From: a virus
Taxonomy: Duplodnaviria; Heunggongvirae; Uroviricota; Caudoviricetes
Virus record (IMG/VR): IMGVR_UViG_2778261510_000015
Coordinates: 1-21,211 of that record
Strand: one strand, 5' to 3'
DNA length: 21,211 nt
Positions within the stretch are counted from its first letter, which is position 1. Every line of letters begins with the position of its first letter. The notes under the pieces were generated by a model. That model had not been told where the DNA came from. It ran no database searches and saw only the letters and a program-made list of their open reading frames with translations. The position numbers and the translations under genes were made by a program. Positions 16,736-21,211 of this stretch are shown in pieces.

Positions 16736-16787
16736 TGCGCAGAACTGATGAGCGATCCGAATAGCTCAATGTACGAGGAAGAAGACG

Positions 16788-17399
16788 ATGGCTAAACCAG
16801 CGCGAAGACGATGTAAAAACGATGAATGTCGGGAATGGTTTCACCCTGCATTCGCTAATCAGTGGTGGTGCTCTCCAGAGTGTGGAACCAAGATAGCACT
16901 CGAACGACGAAGTAAAGAACGCGAAAAAGCGGAAAAAGCAGCAGAGAAGAAACGACGACGAGAGGATCAGAGACAGAAAGATAAACTTAAGATTCGAAAA
17001 CTCGCCTTAAAGCCCCGCAGTTACTGGATTAAACAAGCCCAACAAGCCGTAAACGCCTTCATCAGAGAAAGAGACCGCGACTTACCATGTATCTCGTGCG
17101 GAACGCTCACGTCTGCTCAGTGGGATGCCGGACATTACCGGACAACTGCTGCGGCACCTCAACTCCGATTTGATGAACGCAATATTCACAAGCAATGCGT
17201 GGTGTGCAACCAGCACAAAAGCGGAAATCTCGTTCCGTATCGCGTCGAACTGATTAATCGCATCGGGCAGGAAGCAGTAGACGAAATCGAATCAAACCAT
17301 AACCGCCATCGCTGGACTGTCGAAGAGTGCAGGGCCATCAAGGCGGAGTATCAGCAGAAACTCAAAGACCTGCGAAATAGCAGAAGTGAGGCCGCATGA
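16788..17399 (+). CDS. ninG: NinG (Rap) recombination-associated protein
   Basis: 203-aa ORF matching recalled lambda NinG. Confidence 0.9.
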   Translation: MAKPARRRCKNDECREWFHPAFANQWWCSPECGTKIALERRSKEREKAEKAAEKKRRREDQRQKDKLKIRKLALKPRSYWIKQAQQAVNAFIRERDRDLPCISCGTLTSAQWDAGHYRTTAAAPQLRFDERNIHKQCVVCNQHKSGNLVPYRVELINRIGQEAVDEIESNHNRHRWTVEECRAIKAEYQQKLKDLRNSRSEAA

Positions 17400-17602
17400 C
17401 GTTCTCAGTAAAAACCATTCCAGACATGCTCGTTGAAGCATACGGAAACCAGACAGAAGTAGCACGCAGACTGAAATGTAGTCGCGGTACGGTCAGAAAA
17501 TACGTTGATGATAAAGACGGGAAAATGCACGCCATCGTCAACGACGTTCTCATGGTTCATCGCGGATGGAGTGAAAGAGATGCGCTATTACGAAAAAATT
17601 GA
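17396..17602 (+). CDS. ninH: NinH (68 aa)
   Basis: Matches recalled lambda NinH. Confidence 0.85.
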   Translation: MTFSVKTIPDMLVEAYGNQTEVARRLKCSRGTVRKYVDDKDGKMHAIVNDVLMVHRGWSERDALLRKN

Positions 17603-18251
17603 TGGCAGCAAATACCGAAATATTTGGGTAGTTGGCGATCTGCACGGATGCTACACGAACCTGATGAAAAAACTGGAGACGATAGGATTCGACACCAAAA
17701 AAGACCTGCTTATCTCGGTGGGCGATTTGGTTGATCGCGGTACAGAGAACGTCGAATGTCTGGAATTAATCACATTCCCCTGGTTCAGAGCTGTACGTGG
17801 AAACCATGAGCAAATGATGATTGATGGCTTATCAGAGCGTGGAAACGTCAATCACTGGCTGCTTAATGGCGGTGGCTGGTTCTTTAATCTCGATTACGAC
17901 AAAGAAATTCTGGCTAAAGCTCTTGCCCATAAAGCAGAAGAACTTCCGTTAATCATCGAACTGGTGAGCAAAGATAAAAAATATGTTATCTGCCACGCCG
18001 ATTATCCCTTTGACGAATACGAGTTTGGAAAGCCAGTTGATCATCAGCAGGTAATCTGGAACCGCAAACGAATCAGCAACTCACAAGACGGGATCGTGAA
18101 AGAAATTAAAGGCGCGGACACGTTCATCTTTGGTCATACGCCAGCAGTGAAACCACTCAAATTTGCCAACCAGATGTATATCGATACCGGCGCAGTGTTC
18201 TGCGGAAATCTCACATTGATTCAGGTACAGGGAGAAGGCGCGTGGGCATAA
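17580..18251 (+). CDS. ninI: NinI, Ser/Thr protein phosphatase (lambda PPase)
   Basis: From internal Met [24 protein letters not shown]...; metallophosphatase motifs GDLHG, GDLVDRG, GNHE. Confidence 0.9.
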   Translation: MRYYEKIDGSKYRNIWVVGDLHGCYTNLMKKLETIGFDTKKDLLISVGDLVDRGTENVECLELITFPWFRAVRGNHEQMMIDGLSERGNVNHWLLNGGGWFFNLDYDKEILAKALAHKAEELPLIIELVSKDKKYVICHADYPFDEYEFGKPVDHQQVIWNRKRISNSQDGIVKEIKGADTFIFGHTPAVKPLKFANQMYIDTGAVFCGNLTLIQVQGEGAWA

Positions 18252-18760
18252 GAGAACTAAACCTCACCAAAGAACAGCATGAGTGGCTGAATGGCTGGCT
18301 TGAACTGTGGGGCGCATGGGTTTATTCAGGTCGTCTGGAAAAGCGTATGAGCAGCGTAATAGCGAAGTTCATGGAGAGCGTAGAGCCGGGAAGAGTTATG
18401 ACAAGGCCAATGTGCAATGATGATGATGGAATGTTGATTTCTCAGGTCGTCGATTCCGTCATGTGCATTGACAAGAAAGCCTTTGGCATCCTCCTCAGCT
18501 ACTACGCTCATGGTTCATCTAAGCGAGCAATTGCATCCTACTATCACGCGACTGCAAAGCCACGCAAGATGTGTGGACGTGGTGGCGAGGGATGGAGAAA
18601 ACCTTCACTGGCAACCTGTAGAAACGAAATTGACGACATCCTGAAAGCGTCGTTATTTGTTTTGTACCAGCCAATGCAAAATGCTTTCAAAATGCGTAAA
18701 CGTGTTGAGAAAGTTAAGCATGTTGCTGTTAAAAGCCTTGACATGCAATTATCCATTTAG
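18242..18760 (+). CDS. Late-gene antiterminator Q, non-lambda type (resembles the DLP12 QuuD Q family)
   Basis: 172 aa from GTG; motif ...WLELWGAWV...[14 protein letters not shown]... resembles the QuuD pattern as I recall it; not lambda Q. Confidence 0.7.
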   Translation: MGIRELNLTKEQHEWLNGWLELWGAWVYSGRLEKRMSSVIAKFMESVEPGRVMTRPMCNDDDGMLISQVVDSVMCIDKKAFGILLSYYAHGSSKRAIASYYHATAKPRKMCGRGGEGWRKPSLATCRNEIDDILKASLFVLYQPMQNAFKMRKRVEKVKHVAVKSLDMQLSI

Positions 18761-18767
18761 CCATAAT
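18738..18767 (+). promoter_or_regulatory. Candidate late promoter pR' (-35 TTGACA, 18-bp spacer, -10 CATAAT) overlapping the Q 3' end
   Basis: Hexamers read directly; position analogous to lambda pR'. Confidence 0.4.
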
Positions 18768-18777
18768 TAGAAGGTAA

Positions 18778-18823
18778 GCTGCCGTTAGTGACTCTTAAGT
18801 TGCAACGGTGGCTTTTTTTATTT
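18778..18823 (+). terminator. Candidate tR'-like hairpin/terminator downstream of pR'
   Basis: 9-bp stem GCTGCCGTT/AACGGTGGC (two G-U pairs) with 17-nt loop followed by TTTTTTTATTT. Confidence 0.4.
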
Positions 18824-18898
18824 GGGTCAGTCGTATAAAGGTCATTACGGAAGGCTGTTAACCTTCTTATCGTGGTTCGAGTCCACGCTGTCCCGCCA
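18824..18898 (+). tRNA. tRNA-like gene, anticodon GTT (Asn), 3' CCA encoded; one U-U mismatch in acceptor stem
   Basis: Hand-folded cloverleaf: acceptor GGGTCAG/CTGTCCC, anticodon stem GAAGG/CCTTC with loop CTGTTAA, T-arm CGTGG-TTCGAGT-CCACG. Confidence 0.6.
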
Positions 18899-18903
18899 AA
18901 CAT

Positions 18904-18979
18904 GCTGGTTTAGCTCCAATGGTAGAGCAGTCGCCTTGTAAGCGAATGGGTAGCGGTTCAAGTCCGTTAACCAGCACCA
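18904..18979 (+). tRNA. tRNA gene, anticodon TGT (Thr), 3' CCA encoded
   Basis: Hand-folded cloverleaf: perfect acceptor stem GCTGGTT/AACCAGC, D-arm GCTC-CAATGGTA-GAGC, anticodon loop CTTGTAA, T-loop TTCAAGT. Confidence 0.7.
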
Positions 18980-19221
18980 TAACTGAGCCGTAGCCACTGG
19001 CTATCCTGAATTCATCAGTGATAGTTACGCTGCGGCCTTCTACACATGATCTTCGTGAAAGCGGGTGGCAGGAGGTTGCGCTAACAACCTCATGCCGTTT
19101 TGCCCGTGCATATCGGTCACGAACAAATCTGATTACTAAACACAGTAGCCTGGATTTGTTCTATCAGTAATCGACCTTATTCCTAATTAAATAGAGCAAA
19201 TCCCCTTATTGGGGGTAAGAC

Positions 19222-19545
19222 ATGAAGATGCCAGAAAAACATGACCTGTTAGCCGCCATTCTCGCGGCAAAGGAACAAGGCATCGGGGCATTCCTTGCGT
19301 TTGCAATGGCGTACCTTCGCGGCAGATATAATGGCGGTGCGTTTACAAAAACAGTAATCGACGCAACGATGTGCGCCATTATCGCCTGGTTCATTCGTGA
19401 CCTTCTCGACTTCGCCGGACTAAGTAGCAATCTCGCTTATATAACGAGCGTGTTCATCGGCTACATCGGTACTGACTCGATTGGTTCGCTTATCAAACGC
19501 TTCGCTGCTAAAAAAGCCGGAGTAGAAGATGGTGGAAATCAATAA
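19222..19545 (+). CDS. S: Holin S (S107/S105 dual start MKM)
   Basis: 107-aa ORF matching recalled lambda S. Confidence 0.95.
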   Translation: MKMPEKHDLLAAILAAKEQGIGAFLAFAMAYLRGRYNGGAFTKTVIDATMCAIIAWFIRDLLDFAGLSSNLAYITSVFIGYIGTDSIGSLIKRFAAKKAGVEDGGNQ

Positions 19546-20005
19546 TCAACGTAAGGCGTTCCTCGATATGCTGGCGTGGTCAGAGGGAACTGATAACGGA
19601 AGACAGAAAACCAGAAATCATGGTTATGACGTCATTGTTGGCGGAGAGCTATTCACTGATTACTCCGATCACCCTCGCAAACTTGTCACGCTAAACCCAA
19701 AACTCAAATCAACAGCAGCCGGACGTTACCAGCTTCTTTCCCGTTGGTGGGATGCCTATCGTAAGCAGCTTGGCCTGAAAGACTTCTCTCCCAAAAGTCA
19801 GGACGCTGTGGCATTGCAGCAGATTAAAGAGCGTGGCGCTTTACCGATGATTGACCGCGGTGATATTCGTCAGGCAATCGACCGTTGCAGCAATATCTGG
19901 GCTTCACTGCCGGGGGCTGGTTATGGTCAGTTCGAGCATAAGGCTGACAACCTGATTGCAAAATTCAAAGAAGCTGGCGGAATGGTCAGAGAGATTGAGG
20001 TATGA
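19529..20005 (+). CDS. R: Endolysin R (lytic transglycosylase)
   Basis: 158-aa ORF matching recalled lambda R. Confidence 0.95.
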   Translation: MVEINNQRKAFLDMLAWSEGTDNGRQKTRNHGYDVIVGGELFTDYSDHPRKLVTLNPKLKSTAAGRYQLLSRWWDAYRKQLGLKDFSPKSQDAVALQQIKERGALPMIDRGDIRQAIDRCSNIWASLPGAGYGQFEHKADNLIAKFKEAGGMVREIEV

Positions 20006-20256
20006 GCAGAGTAACCGCGATTATCTCCGCTCTGGTTATCTGCATCATCGTCTGCCTGTCATGGGCTGTTAATCATTACCGTGATAACGCCATTACCTAC
20101 AAAGAGCAGCGCGATAAGGCCACATCCACAATCGCTGACATGCAGAAGCGTCAACATGATGTAGCAGAACTCGACGCCAGATATACAAAGGAGCTTGCTG
20201 ATGCTAACGCGACTATCGAAATGCAGGAGTACATCAGGACGCAATGCCTGAAATAA
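20002..20256 (+). CDS. Rz: Rz (i-spanin), internally shortened to 84 aa
   Basis: First about 35 residues match lambda Rz ([34 protein letters not shown]...), but the ORF is 84 aa versus 153 in lambda. Confidence 0.7.
   Translation: MSRVTAIISALVICIIVCLSWAVNHYRDNAITYKEQRDKATSTIADMQKRQHDVAELDARYTKELADANATIEMQEYIRTQCLK
20201..20251 (+). pseudogene. Rz1: Rz1 (o-spanin) remnant: start ATGCTAA preserved, ORF only 16 codons, no lipoprotein signal
   Basis: +1-frame ATG at the lambda Rz1 start position, followed by a divergent sequence and a stop after 16 codons. Confidence 0.5.
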
Positions 20257-20288
20257 TTTTTTTGCAAATCACAAAGTCCATTTAATGA

Positions 20289-20311
20289 GCCTCGCGATGC
20301 GGGGCTTTTTT
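20289..20311 (+). terminator. Intrinsic terminator after the lysis cassette (GCCTCGC-GAT-GCGGGGC + T6)
   Basis: 7-bp stem (one G-U pair) followed by TTTTTT. Confidence 0.6.
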
Positions 20312-20318
20312 GCAATAA

Positions 20319-20344
20319 ATGCGTACCGCAACGCATGTTTTTTT
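20319..20344 (+). terminator. Second tandem intrinsic terminator (ATGCGT-ACCGCA-ACGCAT + T7)
   Basis: Perfect 6-bp stem followed by GTTTTTTT. Confidence 0.6.
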
Positions 20345-20459
20345 ACACCGAACCAGCCCCTTTGGAATGGGCCTTTGAGGATACCAGTTAGTGCTGGCGA
20401 GCCTCGGTGGGCTGGTTTCCTGTGCGGCAAAGGTTCATTTCAAAGAGTAGGTATACGCT

Positions 20460-20957
20460 ATGAAATCATTAACCCTCTTCAATCAACCAATTCGTATCGG
20501 TGAAGATGGCATGATCTGCCTCACTGATATGTGGAAAGCCAGTGGTAAAAGTGAATCTGAATCTCCGTACTACTACCTGCGAAACAAGCAGACCAAAGAG
20601 TTCTTAGCCGAGCTGGAGAAAAACCACGAATCTGTGGTTTTTACTGAGCGCGGTGTACACGGTGGAACATATGGCGGGAAGTTTGTTGCTTATGATTATG
20701 CAGCATGGCTAAACCCCGGGTTCAAGTACGCGGCCTATAAAGTCCTCGATGACTACTTCACCGGAGAACTTCAGCATCGCAACAGCTTAAGTGCGCAGCT
20801 CAACATGAAATGTCATGAGTTTGACCAGAAGAAAGACATGGCGAGCTTCTGCGGACAAGGGCTGGCAGCATGGCGCTATACGAAGCCAGTGTTGGTCGCT
20901 GAGATTAACTCCCTGGCTAACCAGCTGCAGATTACGATCCCCGGGCTTCCGGGATGA
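20460..20957 (+). CDS. KilA-N-domain protein (165 aa)
   Basis: N-terminal region with KilA-N-like pattern (...ICLTDMWKASGK...); own RBS after the terminators. Confidence 0.55.
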   Translation: MKSLTLFNQPIRIGEDGMICLTDMWKASGKSESESPYYYLRNKQTKEFLAELEKNHESVVFTERGVHGGTYGGKFVAYDYAAWLNPGFKYAAYKVLDDYFTGELQHRNSLSAQLNMKCHEFDQKKDMASFCGQGLAAWRYTKPVLVAEINSLANQLQITIPGLPG

Positions 20958-21211
20958 TTGATCGTGTCATTGAATGCGCCTCCAGAGCGGGGCGCGACTT
21001 CTCAGAGTTCATGAAAGGCGAGAAGGGCATGATGGAAGCATTGGCCTCGGTGGATGAGTTTGGCGAGCAGCTGCGCCTCAACGGCTGTGTCAATCATCAC
21101 TTTGTTAGCTACATGATGCGGAACTCGATCATGCAGGCATTCATGGACATGGCAAAAGCCGAGAGGAAAGAAGAGCGCCGGCGTAAGCGAGCGGAAGCAA
21201 AAGCGAAGTAG
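20954..21211 (+). CDS. Hypothetical protein (85 aa) with basic Lys/Arg-rich C-terminal tail
   Basis: ORF overlapping the KilA-N stop (ATGA); no family recognised. Confidence 0.45.
   Translation: MIDRVIECASRAGRDFSEFMKGEKGMMEALASVDEFGEQLRLNGCVNHHFVSYMMRNSIMQAFMDMAKAERKEERRRKRAEAKAK

Larger units (their letters stand above)
16086..16793 (+). pseudogene. ninF: ninF disrupted by insertion: 5' fragment 16086..about 16190 (then out-of-frame tail to 16265) and 3' fragment 16736..16793
   Basis: N-terminal part [35 protein letters not shown] and C-terminal part [19 protein letters not shown] both match recalled lambda NinF but lie in different frames, separated by about 545 bp. Confidence 0.75.
1331..21211. 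mobile_element. Lambdoid prophage, left about 19.9 kb (attL through lysis cassette); continues beyond window
   Basis: Contiguous phage gene order int-xis ... exo-bet-gam-kil-cIII-ral-N-cI-cro-cII-O-P-ren-nin-Q-S-R-Rz starting at attL. Confidence 0.95.

Noticed and set aside
17505-17579. TTG-initiated N-terminal extension of ninI
   Set aside because: The recalled lambda phosphatase begins MRYYEKIDG at 17580; the extension overlaps ninH.
1-21211. CRISPR arrays, rRNA genes, IS elements or transposases
   Set aside because: No direct-repeat/spacer periodicity, no rRNA-like sequence and no transposase-like ORF seen; the only mobile DNA identified is the prophage itself and the HNH insertion.

Overview
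The window is an E. coli chromosomal junction at the lambda attachment site: ybhC (1..1284, minus strand), then attL (core GCTTTTTTATACTAA at 1331..1345, host B arm on the left, phage P' arm on the right), then about 19.9 kb of the left part of an integrated lambdoid prophage that runs off the right edge. All identifications are from reading the sequence and recalling lambda/P22 protein sequences; no database search was possible. The prophage is a mosaic. Lambda-like parts: int-xis, the b-region accessory genes (Ea8.5-like, DUF551, Ea22-like, TraR-like orf73, orf61/63/60a), exo-bet-gam, kil, cIII, ea10, ral, orf28, O (with ori iterons), P, ren, tR2, ninE/G/H/I, S and R. Non-lambda parts: a P22-type N with P22-type boxB in nutL and nutR, a non-lambda cI/cro/cII immunity region, a non-lambda Q, two tRNA genes between Q and S, and a KilA-N gene after the lysis cassette. 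The most interesting unexplained content is a two-gene cassette (120 aa + 42 aa, no recognisable family) with its own terminator in the slot that rexA-rexB occupy in lambda, immediately downstream of cI. Other notable points: an AT-rich HNH-AP2 homing endonuclease gene splitting ninF; a Dam-type methyltransferase plus PAPS-reductase-like gene pair in the nin region; two extra small membrane ORFs; a +1 frameshift that removes the long form of Gam; and an internally shortened Rz with a truncated Rz1. No CRISPR array, rRNA or IS transposase was seen.
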